A DNA stretch of 64,000 nucleotides from Balanoglossus misakiensis (Eukaryota > Animalia > Hemichordata): the NCBI GenBank assembly GCA_040954595.2, contig CM082577.2, forward strand, positions 14,577,903-14,641,902, written 5' to 3'. Under the pieces are notes generated by a model, which searched no databases, was not told the DNA's origin, and was given only the letters and a program-made list of their open reading frames with translations. The position numbers were made by a program, and so were the translations under genes. Positions 31,492-44,307 of this stretch are shown here, piece after piece (within the stretch, counting starts at the first letter, position 1; the number at the start of each line of letters is the position of its first letter).

Positions 31492-32534
31492 CAGGGATCG
31501 TGTTAACGCAGAATTCCGCGTCCGGGACGCAAGCTTTTTTGCTGTGATGTCTGCGTCCGGGGAACCCCAGCTGAGCGCACACTGCAGTAATTAATGATCG
31601 TCTTGTAATTTTAAATTGTTTATTCAAAAACGCTTTTACGGCTTGCTAATCCAGAAGAATGACACTTGTAAACAAAAACAAAGTGTGAAATAATCATTTG
31701 ACTAAAGCATGTTAGAGTTTTCCTGACAACAAAAGAAAAACTGGCTTCGTTTTTTCTTTGGCAGGTCCGCCAATTGCCTTGTCAACAAGTTGTGAACGAT
31801 GTGTCATTAATTAGGGGCCGATGTCGAGAGCGGGTGGTCGCGCGCGATCGCGGGACGTACCCATGCAGCCGGCCGACTGCATCGAGCGGTGGACCCGATG
31901 TACCGCGCACGGTCAATCGAACGCGCGTGACCTTGTTTTCGACAGTTCAGCGGGTGTCTTTGTTGACTCTCTGTGTTTGATTTCCGCAAAAAAAGAAAAT
32001 TTCTCGCTTTTGATTATGCTTTTTACAGCCTGTCTATCTTCATTGGTGTACATGTAATCCTTTCACCCGTTTTCGCTTGAAAATCTTTGATTTATCCGAC
32101 TCCATGTAGCTGGACTGGGTTAAATATGGGGGCAAAACTCGTCACTCTGACAATGATAGCTATGCATCGCTTCCTCACTGTGGTTCCCCGTATAAACACA
32201 GGGGGCTCTCCCTCCGCGATTTTATTGTTTGTTTGTTATTGTTGTTGTTATTGATTGGCAAAATCTTTTTCTCAAGCTATGTCAAACTTCAATGAACAGA
32301 AAGCCAGAAGGAAATTACTTTATAATAAAAAATGAAACGTTCATAGAAAATGAAAATAAATGTGGAAATACGCTTAAATTGTGATGTTGACTTCGCCAGT
32401 AAGTGTGTGGCGAGTACGTATGTGTTATAATATATTGAAAAAATGGGGACCCACAAAAATATTTAGGGACCCCTGATTTTCACAAGGAAGGGGTCCCAGG
32501 GACCCCAAGATTTTGAGGCCTAGCGCAATCCCTG
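31492..32534. mobile_element. hAT-like non-autonomous element (about 1 kb)
   Basis: Imperfect TIR CAGGGATCGTGTTA / TAGCGCAATCCCTG; no clean target-site duplication. Confidence 0.5.
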
Positions 32535-32667
32535 AATACACGTATATCCCCGCACCAGAATAAAGGCTGTTCCCATTATTGACCACCCTCCCCTTATATG
32601 ACATGCAACTATTGGCAAGGCGGGGGTCTACCCAAATGATCTCCTTTATGACTGGGACTCTCTCCAA

Positions 32668-33923
32668 ATGCCTAAACATTTGCAATCAGAGTTCTATTAC
32701 AATGATGAAGTTGACCAGACCGAGAAAGAAATTGTTGAGGCGGCGATTGAAACATTGTCTGAAGTGGGACCGCGACCAAGCTGTAGTACTAGTAATGAGC
32801 AAGTAGGTACAGATAACATTACAGCAGAAGACATTGATTAATTTTCTTGACGAACAGAAGAACAAAAACACGAAGACAAAGACAAAATATGACGTGAATA
32901 GGTTTCAGGATTGGCTTTTTACTAGCAGAGGAGAACCGCGAGACTGCTTTCTGATTCCTGCCACTGAGCTCGACCAACATCTTCAAGTCTATTTCATTTG
33001 AGTTCGTAAACGTGACGGAGCAGAATATGAGCCGGACAGTCTCAGCAGCATGCAAAAAAGCATCGAAAGACACCTAAAGGATAATGGCTACAAACATTCG
33101 ATCACGCGGGACAGAGAATTCACTCGATCTCGAGAAGTTCTGTCAGCAAAACGTAAAAATTTGAAGAAAAAGGGCAAAGGAAATAAACCAAATCGCGCCG
33201 AAGCCCTGAGCGACGCCGACCAGAAGAAGCTGAGAGACAGCGGTCAACTGGGAACAGAAAATCAAAAGGCCTTACTCGCTCTAATTCATTTTAATAACTC
33301 TACGTTCTTTGGATTACGCGGTCGTGATGAACACCACAAAATGAAGTGGGGTGACATCGAACTCAAAACATCTGAAAGTGGGAAAAAATACCTTGAATAC
33401 AACGAACGTGACACTAAAACACGGTCGGGTCAGGTAAATAATGAGTGAGCTTTTCGGCCGAAAGCGTTCGCTGCCCCTGATGCGCCAGACAAATGCCCGG
33501 TTGTTGCGTATGAATTCTTCAGAGACAAGCGACCCGAGAGTACAAAGACCCCGGAATCGCCGTTTTACATCCAAATTAATCACAATCGGAATAACGACCA
33601 GTTATGGTTCAAAAATCAACCATTAGGCATCCACAGTTTGGATCAACTGGTGAAAACGGCCGCGCAAAATGCTGGTCTATCAGGCAAAAAAAACAATCAC
33701 AGTGTCCGAAAGACAATGATAACAACTTTGTTAAATTCAAATGTACATCCCACCCAGGCTGCTCAGCTCTCCGCACACAAGAACGTGGCCAGTTTAAACA
33801 ACTATGCAGTGGCATCAGACAAACAACAACAACAAATGTCGGACATTTTGTCGGGCGTCGCGTTGGAACAGCTACAACAAACTGTACAGCCGATGAAAGA
33901 AAATCCACGTCAATCAGACACAT
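32668..33923 (+). pseudogene. Crypton-type tyrosine recombinase (DUF3504, ZMYM/QRICH1-related) pseudogene
   Basis: GLRGRDEH, KT, NHSVR, SAHKN and LNNY catalytic motifs; frameshift near 32839; stops at 32999 and 33446; interrupted at 33924. Confidence 0.9.
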
Positions 33924-34148
33924 TGTTGTATCAGGGGGTTTGACGTCCCCCAGAGCCCAAGAAGATCCATTCCATGACGCAAGAGATTACCCGGATGGAC
34001 GCCAAGTTCGATGAGACCTACTACCGACCCCGAACAACAGAAACGTTCAACGTTCAACTTGTCCGGAGCCATTGGTCCACAACTTATCCGAAGCAACACA
34101 GTACCGATTGTATCTACGACTTAGTATAGGTAAGTCACCGATACGACA
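33924..34148 (+). repeat. Probable 5' LTR of Gypsy element 1, followed by a PBS-like sequence
   Basis: TGTTGTATC...GATACGACA inverted termini; TGGCGCTGCCGATCAG at 34150. Confidence 0.55.
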
Positions 34149-34853
34149 TTGGCGCTGCCGATCAGTTTTTTCGGACAATTTTTAGCGGGTTTTTGATTGA
34201 AATTTCACTAACGAAATTTTTACCATAGACGGCCATAGTCGCTGTCGCGCGACAGAATCTCTCTAGTTACCTAGATTAGTGGGAATCGGAGAGAACTTTT
34301 TAGGCCAAAAATTAGTGGGTTAAAAAATCACTAGGGAGTTTCATTTTTGTAAATTGGGTGTTAAGCCACACATTGTTCAGCTTTTTTACGCACCGCATAT
34401 ACATTGTACCACTCAGGCTTTGTCTCCGGGTGCGGTAATTGTGTACCTTTTGTTGAGCGGTCACAATAGTCACGGTGTCGCGCTCACACGACACCTAACA
34501 TTCCGCACCGGGAAATTGTTTTTTTTTTTGGAATAGAATCTTGACAGGGAAAGGGTATTTTATAAGTAAAACAAACTTTTGTGGTAGTTATAGATTCGTT
34601 AGTATTAAGATTTAAGTGGTATTTTTTCGCCACAAAGAGTTTTACACCGTACTGTTCATCTGTAATTTCCATTGTGAGGTGCCTCAGGGTCCCAAATAGA
34701 TAAGCTTTTTGGAAACAAAAGTGTGTTAGTAGTAATAAAGGGTTCATTTAACTGGTTCATTTAACTGGGTTAAAAAGGTTGTTATAGCGGATTAGTATTA
34801 TTCTTGACTTTCTTCAGATAAAATAAATTAGTACATGTAGTAAAGTTCAAAAG

Positions 34854-37331
34854 ATGAGCAAGGTGTTTATAAACACGTGCACGTACGAAGAGCTGTGCTC
34901 CATACGCCGTATTGGTGCAAGGTCAGCCATTGCTATCCTTGAGCTGCGCAAAACGCACCCCAATTTGACCTTGGATATCATCCGCACAATAGCTAGTGTA
35001 GAAATAAGTGAGGATTTTATGCAGAGAGTGGATTTCACTGCAATAGAAAATCTAACCGTTGGGGAGGAGGAGAGACCAGGGACTCCTGTAGGACTAAGGC
35101 CCCCGGGCAGTGGGGATAATAACACCTTGGTCACGGGAGAACCGGAACCCCCACCCCCACAACAACAGCCCTCGGGCAGTGGAGATAATAACGCTGATAG
35201 TGACCCAACCCTTGACCGAATCTTAAACATGGTCAATCACTATGCATCGGTACACCCCCCCCCACTCCAATCAGGGGGAAATCACAACCGCGCAGGCTGC
35301 TACAACGGCAGCGCCTGTGCCGTCAATCCACCAATTAACTACGGTTCAAAACGCAACCCAACCTACAGCGCAAGCATCGATCATATCCACGGCCACACCA
35401 ACAGTGTCGCAAGGGATCGTTACGCAATCGAGCGCACCCCGCCCATTCTCGCAAATACCCAGTGGCGGGCCACCTGGCATCTATGGTACCGACAATCGCT
35501 AGCGCCTCCGGGGCCACCGCCAGTGAATGCGAACGGGCCGTATGAGCATACTTATTTGGTATATCCTGGTCATCGACCACACGCACCGCCGTCAACACTT
35601 ACACCAACACTGCCGATGCCACCTGGTTACCCCCAAGCACCATCCGGCTACATGTACCCAATGGCAGGCTACCCCCCGTACCCCCCTGGGCCATACAATT
35701 ACTATCCAGCATATCAGCCCCAGTATCAGCCACCGATGGCGCCGGCAATGTATCAGCCTGGATATCCATACACACCATACTACGGGGTGTCCCCTCACCC
35801 TAGCCCACCCATACCACCAGATGCTCCACAGGTGAGCACTGCGGAGCCGCGGGTTCAGCCAGGGCCATCATCATTCACGGCACAGGCGAACGCTGCGCTT
35901 CCGGTAGTACCACCACAATCCCAGAGATACGCATACACAACACCATCATTGGTGCCACCCCAACCCACGACATCAACGAACGTCGCGCCCCCGGCTGAGA
36001 CGCCACCACCTGAAATACAGACAAGCGTAGCATTCCCCGAAACGCACGTGGCTGAAAGGACCCAGCAAACAACGCCTAGGTCACGTTCTGAAGGGGCCAC
36101 AACACAGGGTGATTTACCGGTTACTCACCTAAACGAATGGGGAGACCACCCACATCAGATGGCATCAGCGATGTATGTGGAGCAACAGCAAGCCCCACAC
36201 CCCACACCTTTCCAACTACCACCAATGGGGACATACTCGGACGATGTGCGGGTGACGCCTGCGAGCTTTCACCAGCCGCGGATGAACGCCGCACCGCCGA
36301 TTATGGCAACCATGGGCAACGGGCCCGCGCACACGTCACAAAATCACACGTCACAAAATACAGGCACAGCGCTCCCACTGTATGGTAGCCGAATGGCCTC
36401 GTGCGATACCACCCAGGACAGCTCATCACGGAAAAAACCAGACACAGTGCGGATACCATCCGCACTAAATTACAAGGGAACAGAGCACTGTAAGTCGTTC
36501 CTGATGAGATTCAACATCTTTGCCGCAGACAGGGAATGGACCACCGAGGAGAAGAGGAGGCAGCTTTGCCTGTGTTTGAATGGTGACGCCGGAATATTCT
36601 TAACAGAATTAATCGAGCGGGATAGAAACATCGGCTAAGCCGAGCTTTTGATGAAATTAGAGGCACGGTTTGGATGTCAGGAATTGGCACAGACAGCGGG
36701 CCTCCGTTTCCCCCGGACCAACCAAGATCCGGACGAGCCCATAGAAAAATGGGCCGACCGAATCAGGACGCTCGCAGCGCGGGCGCTCGCGGGCCTTCCA
36801 ATGTCATATATAGAGCAACAGGCGGTCCGACAATTTTGTCTGGGCAACACCGATAGGAAGGCGGGTCAATACGCACTCCTCAGTGCACCCAAGAGTATGA
36901 AAGAGGCCATGGATAAAGTTAAGGTCCACAAATACACCCGTATGGCCATGGATATCCCAAAGGGGAGAGTGAGACGGATCGGGCCGGATACAGACTCGGA
37001 TTCGGACTCCGAATATGAGGTCGAAGTACGGGCGACCACCACCTCCCCATCCCACAGAAAAGAGGTGGTAGATAGACGCCTTTCACGTTTAGAGGATTTC
37101 TTTGCCACGATCACATCGAAACTGGACAACATGCTGACAGCGAGAGATCGTTCTAGGTCACGCTCCCCAAGACGCCAGCCTTCCCCTGGGGGCAAGTGCT
37201 TCCAATGTGGCAAGGAAGGGCAGTTTAAACGGGAGTGTCCGGAAGCGACGAGAACGAGATCGCCCATCAGGAAAAATGTCCAGTTTGCCGAGGGTCCTTT
37301 AAACGGGAGAGGGTCAACCCCGCCGCCCTAG
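34854..37331 (+). pseudogene. gag: Gypsy gag with N-terminal helix-hairpin-helix, Pro-rich linker, capsid region and zinc knuckle
   Basis: In-frame stop at 36636-36638; capsid-like FAADREWTTEEKRRQL; knuckle CFQCGKEGQFKREC (H replaced by Q). Confidence 0.85.
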
Positions 37332-37499
37332 GGTTGACCCACAACACCAAAAATCGGCACACAAAGGGCACATCACCTCGGTCGTCACCGACGGACACGC
37401 CAACCAATGTACCAACCCTTGTGCAAGGGGTGGCGGTTCCAGTCGACGCGGAGTTATGTGCCCAGGAGGATGGTTGCCATGAGTCTAAGGAGCAGGTAA

Positions 37500-38890
37500 C
37501 CATTTGTCAGTTGCGGTCTGGTTCAATGTACCGTGTACCCATAAAGGTGCAGGGCAAGAGAACGCAGGCTGTAATCGACACTGCTTCTGAGGTAACAATA
37601 ATCTCTGATAAACTTTACTCCCAGTTGCATGACAAACATTCTGCCCTGAAAACAGTAACATTGCAAACAGCGGGCAGAGATCTAAAGATGAAGGGAATGA
37701 TTGTGGGACCAGTAGCGGTGCAACTGGGAAGTACGGTTTTCAGAGAACAGGTCTATGTGGCTCCCATTGGGGACGAGATGCTTCTTGGGGTGGATTTTCT
37801 CAAATCGCATGGGGTTCATCTAAACTTGTTAAAAGGTATCCTCCGTGTCAACAACGAAGAAGTGCTGATGACTTTTGGAGATGAAGACGGTCCTCCACTG
37901 GTGGCGAGGGTGTCGGTGAGCAGACGAACAACGATTCCACCAAATCCTGTGGTCCGCAGGAGTGGACAAACTGCGAATCGGAGATTCCCGTTCATTTAAA
38001 GGATCTGTATGAGAGATCATGCATCAATCGGAATGAAGGAGAAAAACATAGGCTGAAAGAACTGTTGTGTGGGCATGAAGACGTGTTCGCCAGAACGGAG
38101 TTTGACCTCGGGAGTTTCACAACATTAGAACACTCCATCAACACTGGAGACGCGGCACCCATCAGGCAACGAGAACGCCCATGTGTTTCGCTGATGAAGA
38201 ACTATCCTACCTTCAAAAGATGCTAGACGCAGGGGTCATCCAACCGTCTGTTTCCGAATGGGCGTCCGCACCAGTTCTTGTTCGGAAGAGAGACGGAAAG
38301 GTCTGATGGTGTGTGGAATATCGCAAGTTAAACAATCACACTAAAAAGGACTCGTTTCCACTGCCGTTAATCGAGGAATGTCTGGATACGTTAGCAGGTC
38401 ACAAATGGTTTTCTAAATTGGATGCGAACTCGGCGTACTGGCAGGTGAAGATTAAAGAAGAAGACCAGTCAAAGACAGCTTTCATCACGAAGTATGGCCT
38501 GTTCGAGTTCAATAGAATGCCATTCGGACTCTGCAACGCCCCTGCGACATTCGCTCGTGTAGTGAGTCTGGTAATGAGGGGGTGAACATGGGACATAGTC
38601 TTGGCATTCTTGGATGACATCTTGGTATTAGGTGCGAGCTTCGATACTCATCTGCAAAATCTGACTACCGTCTTTAACCGACTGCGGGAGTATCGGCTCA
38701 AACTCAAGCCCAAGAAGTGCGACCTCTTCCAAACAGAAGTGGTGTTCCTGGGATGATTGGTGAAGAAAAACCAGGTAGCGTTAGAGGAATCATCAATCTC
38801 GACCATCAAAGAATGGCCGGCTCCCAGGAACACGAAGGAAGTGGAAAGGTTTCTCGGCTTGGCGAACTACCATAGAGCATTCATCAAAGA
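37500..38890 (+). pseudogene. pol: Gypsy pol relic: aspartic protease, reverse transcriptase and connection region; rest deleted
   Basis: VIDTASEVT protease; FPLPLIEECLD, LDANSAYWQ, MPFGLCNAPATF and FLDDIL RT motifs; several stops and frameshifts; no integrase. Confidence 0.9.
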
Positions 38891-39507
38891 TCGATGCAGA
38901 GCTCTAACCCAAAACTTGGAGGGGGACAGCAACCGGGGGATCTTGTGGAAAACCAGCAAGCTGGTTAATAACCTAAGTCCCCTGGTTCTGTCTTTTCATC
39001 GGTTTGAGGAGGCAGGGAGGCTGCTCAAAGGTCAGTTCGCGCTGGCGACAACAAGAAACCAGTGGGGTTGGGTTCGTGTGATCCGTAAGGAATCACACAA
39101 ATTTCTGGGCTTCCCGCGGAAATGGGTAGATGCTAATCTGCCCCACTGCGGTGAAGCCGAAATGAGGTGGCCCAACCCCAAACCCAAGCGGCAGTCAGTG
39201 CCAGTGTCCGACAGGCCAGCTGACAGCATGTACAGGGACTACCGGCTGCAGGATCCCAAAATCGTGGAGTCGTGGCAGCGGGATTCTGGGAACCCAGAAA
39301 GCCCGCAGGTGGCTACTGCATCCGCAGTACCACCGCCAGGACTTCCGGTTGGGTCCAGCATGCCTGGTAAGTCGCCGGTCATGAGGCCAGCTGGAATGTT
39401 GGAGGCTGTGAAGCCGAAGCCGGCCTCTCGCAAGAAGAAGAGGGGAAAGAAATAGCGAAAACAGGTCGTATCCCAGACTGAGGGAGTTCTCCCAATGGCC
39501 AACACCG

Positions 39508-39770
39508 CAACTTCGGGTGCGGTCGCGGTCCCTCGAGAGGAATCCACTCTAGGGGAGAGTCCCCATGAGATCTGCGCCACAACTTCGGTTGGGTTGGCGG
39601 TCTCAGGGGTCTCTCAAGGGGAATCAGCTCTAGGGGAGGCCCCCCTGCGATCTGCTCCACAAATTTGGTTGGGTTGGCGGTCTCAGGGGTCTCTCCAGGG
39701 GAATCAGCTCTAGGGGAGGTCCCCCCCTGGGATCTGCGCCACAACTTCGGTTGGGTTGGCGGTCTCTCGG
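39508..39770 (+). repeat. About 80-bp GC-rich tandem repeat (about 3.4 copies) in retroelement-derived sequence
   Basis: caacttcggttgggttggcggtctc...gatctgcgcca units. Confidence 0.85.
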
Positions 39771-40240
39771 GAAGATTCTCCCATGGAGGTATCCCCTGGG
39801 GTTCACTCCCCAATTTCGACCGAGGAGCATGCTCCAGGGGACGTCAGTTTCGGGCTGGAGGAAGTCGCTATCGCGGCGCCGTACACGAAAAAACGGCGAC
39901 GTGCTAAGCGCTCCAAAAACCGAAACAGGCGTACAGGACCTCAGGCGGACACACCTGAGGTCGCTTCTTCTGAGACTCTTGACTCTTGTGTAAAGCCCGT
40001 GGGCTTTAAACCGAGCGTGGCCGAGGTAACGCGGCCTGAGCGTCACCGAAATCGAAATTCTTAAAGACGAGAAAGCGACGACAAAACAGACTGTTTGGGG
40101 AGTGAAAATACTAAAAGGTGAGTAGGCTATGTACGTTATGTGTACGAGTATGCATATCAGACGATACCCCAAGCTAAAAAAAATCCCAAATTACAAGGAT
40201 GTTGCACTATAATTATTTCTATGTCCATCTTTTTCTGCAG

Positions 40241-40780
40241 AATGGCTAGCAGAAAAGGGATTAGACCCGGAATTTGAAAAACAACAACCTGAAGATTTGG
40301 CGGCGATGCTACGTCGATTCTATGCTGAGGCACGAACCAAACACGGCGAGAGATACGGCAAATCTGCCCTCAGCGGGTTACGTGCAGCGATCAACCGGCA
40401 TTTAAACTCGCCAGCTTTCCACCGGAATATAAACATAATCCGCGACCGAGAGTTTAAAGCTGCAAACAACATCTTCAAGGCACTTATAAAACAGCTTAAA
40501 TCAGAAGGCCTTGATAGGGTACAGCACAAACAACCTATAACGCGGGCGGACTTGTTAAAACTAGTGAGTAGCGGCGTCCTTTCTGTCAACAACCCACTGT
40601 CGTTGTTGCGGAAAGTTTGGTTCGATTTAACCCTCCATTTTGCTAGGAGGGGTCGCGAAGGTTTCCGATCTATGAAGAGGGAAAGCTACAGAGTTGTAGA
40701 ACGTGGTGACACCAAATTTGTAGAGTTCGCGATATCGGAGAAAACCAAAAATCACCCCGACGACAACTACACACGCGATT
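40241..40780 (+). pseudogene. Second, distinct Crypton/KCTD1-like tyrosine recombinase fragment
   Basis: LRRFYAEARTKHGERY..S.L..LRAAINRHL, LHFARRGREG and EKTKNH; begins after a tttctgcag acceptor; C-terminal catalytic half missing. Confidence 0.85.
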
Positions 40781-41133
40781 GTGCAATACCTTTGGCCAAG
40801 CTTGGCCGTACTCTAATCTTGGCCGAAGGTATTCGTCTGTAGGTTTGGCCAAGCTTGTTTGTTGAAAATGTTACTCCAAGCCTATCTCCAAATCTTGTGC
40901 CAAGGTTGTGTATCAAATCTTGGGGGAAGGTTTTGGCCAAACCTTTAAAACAGCTTACCTCTCACCATGCTTCATTTAAGCTTTGTTTTTAAGACTTGAC
41001 AAACCTTTCGACGAAATAGATTAAAATGCGCCGCGGCATGTATAACTTCACGATTAATTACCGCTTGCTTAGGGATACTACAACTTACGAGTACTGTTTG
41101 ACCACACAACGGGCAAAATTTCTTTATTGCGTT

Positions 41134-41323
<190 letters not shown>

Positions 41324-41697
41324 CTTGCAAACATTTATTTACAGGGTCATAGTTTGTATTATTTTCATTTAATATTTTTTGGGCCGCCGCAATGGAAAAG
41401 GGCCCTTATGCAAGTCTCCGTCATTTTTAGTAATTTGCATTTGAATAGGTGACGTTCTATGTGTGCTTTTCACATGCAAATATTCGCCTGCACGTTGGAG
41501 GAAAACGGATTTGTTCAGTATATCGCCCAACTTTTTCGAGAAAATGACAAAAGATATTCAAAGTATATCACGAAACACAGAACCTTTATGTCATTAATTC
41601 AGTGAATTCGATTTCTATAGCTCAAAAAACACTTCGCACGTAGAGCGTTTACATTGTATCTAATTTTCTTCCCGCCATTTTGATCAGTTCATATACA

Positions 41698-43656
41698 TGT
41701 GACCTGCCCCGCCATGCGTCAGTGCAGTCCTCCAGGTGGGAATCGGACGCGGTGGAGTCTACGCCTGGCTGAGAATGGACCAACAGCGTGGTTTTGGGGC
41801 TGTGCAGAGCATGTAGCCGGCAGTGTAGTCAAGTTAGAGCCCGTAGTAATAGGTCAGTCAGGACGCGGCGAATCGGCTATTTCACAACATTGGCGCTGCG
41901 AGCAGTTTGCGTGCGAACCTGGAGTGAGGTAGACTTGGCAAATGGTCCAAGTACACGTTACGCGGGGAAGGAGTAGAGTGGTGTTTCTGAGCTTTGGCGG
42001 AATTCGGCGATTGCGTCCGGGTGAGACGTGGGGCTTTTCTGGGTAAGGAAAAGTGGGATATCGAGAATTACCGGGGCCAGAAGACACTGGGCAAACTCTA
42101 AATTTCCGCGGGGGATTTTTAGTGATATTTAGGGACGGTGCCGGGGTTTTGAAGATAGTTTTCAGCGAATTTTCCGTGGATTTTCTTACTAACCACGTGG
42201 GTGGAAACGGGGCCATTGTCGTAGAGGCAGCAGTCTGCTCTTGGTTTCAACACGTTTTTCATTCCGATTTGGGAATCATTCATCTGTTTTTGATAGCGTT
42301 CAGGATTTTCTTGAATATTTTTCTGAATTTTCAATCGCACATTTTGTTTGTTCGCGTTTACGTGTGTCGTCTGTTCTATTTTTTAGCGACCCTCACTCCA
42401 GAAAAACGTGTTTCGGAGCAGCGTTCCGCGCATGCGCAGAAACTTTTCCAGCCATTTCCAGAGAACGGTACGGTACATTCCGCGTCTTTTTGGTGTGGGA
42501 GTGAGTGAGCGTTCGTTTATTTTACTCCGTTTACATCTTTTATTTATCACTCGGTTCATGCGAGTGGCCTATTTATTTACGTTCGTGATTATTCTTTTCA
42601 ATAAAAAACCGTTTTATATTTATCAACCTCAAGCTGGTGTTGCCTGGGACAACCAGCAGTGTGTGTCAAGTATTGTGATTTTTATTTTGGGGAACTTGGC
42701 TGTACGTTTAAAAAAAAGTTACGAGGGGAAGAAGTACAGCACTAACGGGCTCATCAAACATCTCGAAGGGCCCACCACAGTGATTTCCCAGGTTGATTTA
42801 GCTTCCGGGGATAAGCACCTAATTGTTTCACTATTACCCAGGACGTTCCTTTTGAATTGAAGTTGAACCTCTGGGGTAATTTGTTATGTTAATTGTTGAG
42901 GTGATTGACCAGCTGTCTCCGATTCAATCAGGATGACCTCAATCACGAAGTGTATATTAATACATGTGACATTAGGACCCTGAAAACTTTACCAGGGGTA
43001 GGGGAGAAGGTAGCCCGAGCAATTATTGCTCTTAGAAACAAATTTGGTAGGGTTACACCTGGCATGTTGAAAGACGTGCCCCGCCTTAGGTTGACACCAG
43101 AGTTTTACAAGAAAGTTGTGTATGACACAAAAACGGGAAATTCCCCCCGTACTGACTATTCATCAGACAGTTACATGAATTGTAGCAATAGGAGCCCTGG
43201 TGTAAATGCCAAAAGAAGTTGCCCTCCTCAATATAGCACCAATATAAAGTTAATGCATGTAGTTCTCATGAAATTGAAACTTAAAAAAAAAAACGAAAAG
43301 TGCAGCCAGACAAAAGTCAAATCAACAAAGTTTTAATGTCAAAAATAACAAGATGTGAAAACTGGTGGGTATACACTGAATAATAACATTAAACCAATGT
43401 ATAATCTTAATTGAACTTGTGCCACAAGCAATATTGTGTTATAATGATCATGCACCCTGCCAACAGAATGCAAATGACGCACATGCCCAGAAACACTTTC
43501 AGACACAAAGTTCAATTTTCAGACCCAAATGAAGAACATTGGGGTGCCCCGAGTGGAAATCACAAGCCCCACAATCCAAGTGGTTTCTCACAAATGAACG
43601 AAAGCCCAAGGCATGATCCAAGTCTGGGTGAGGGAGGGCCTTGGGGACAATTATAG
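41698..43656 (+). mobile_element. Truncated second Gypsy-like element: LTR-like region plus 5' gag fragment with HhH
   Basis: TGTGAC start; AATAAA at about 42600; VYINTCDIRTLKTLPGVGEKVARAIIALRNKFG at about 42950-43050 is homologous to the gag 1 N-terminus. Confidence 0.6.
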
Positions 43657-44307
43657 AGGCGGAAATCGGGGAAGTCTATGACTGGTTACAATATAAAAGG
43701 ATGTAAAAAATTGAACAACCAAAAATGATCAAAAGTACTATTTTATATAAAACATTCTATTGCTAAAGTACTACAGATATATACTATAGAATACAGCTTA
43801 CACTTTTACTTGTTTAGTAAATGAAGCATCAATTTTTTGATTAACTTTTCAAGTGACACTACAAAAGACTATATGTAAAAAAAATACAATGACACTTGTT
43901 CATACTGTATACGTAATGTCCTGGGTATGACAATAAACTGCATCCGGCAGCAAGGCCCTAGTATGGGAATACCTGGGCTTGGGGGAGAATGTCACTACAC
44001 CCTTAATTGCTGCTGTGCTGGGTCACCCTTGGGCAAGGTGTAGCACCCATAGCCTCCCTCCTCTGGGTAACTGAGGCACCACACGGCTACTTTGTGAGCA
44101 TGCTGCAAGGTTAGCTGGCAAGTTGCTGGTCTAGTAACTTGCGACAGGAGAGTGATTGAGATCTCGAAGGCAGCTTTGAGTGTGTCACAATATGGTAAAG
44201 GGTGGCAAAAGTGGGACAAAGACTGAAAAATTAAGTCTTTTTTCAACATTTGAAATTTAATTTACTGCATGCTTAGCCTCTGTTTCACTGTGTACAGTAA
44301 CTGTCCA

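Noticed and set aside
17400-32600. Telomeric-repeat or piggyBac (Teratorn-type) integration signatures
   Set aside because: No TTAGGG arrays or piggyBac transposase seen; the TTAA-flanked elements are short MITEs with AGGG termini
43980-44210. SINE-like body (cccttgggcaagg motif)
   Set aside because: No clear A/B boxes or boundaries; too weak to call
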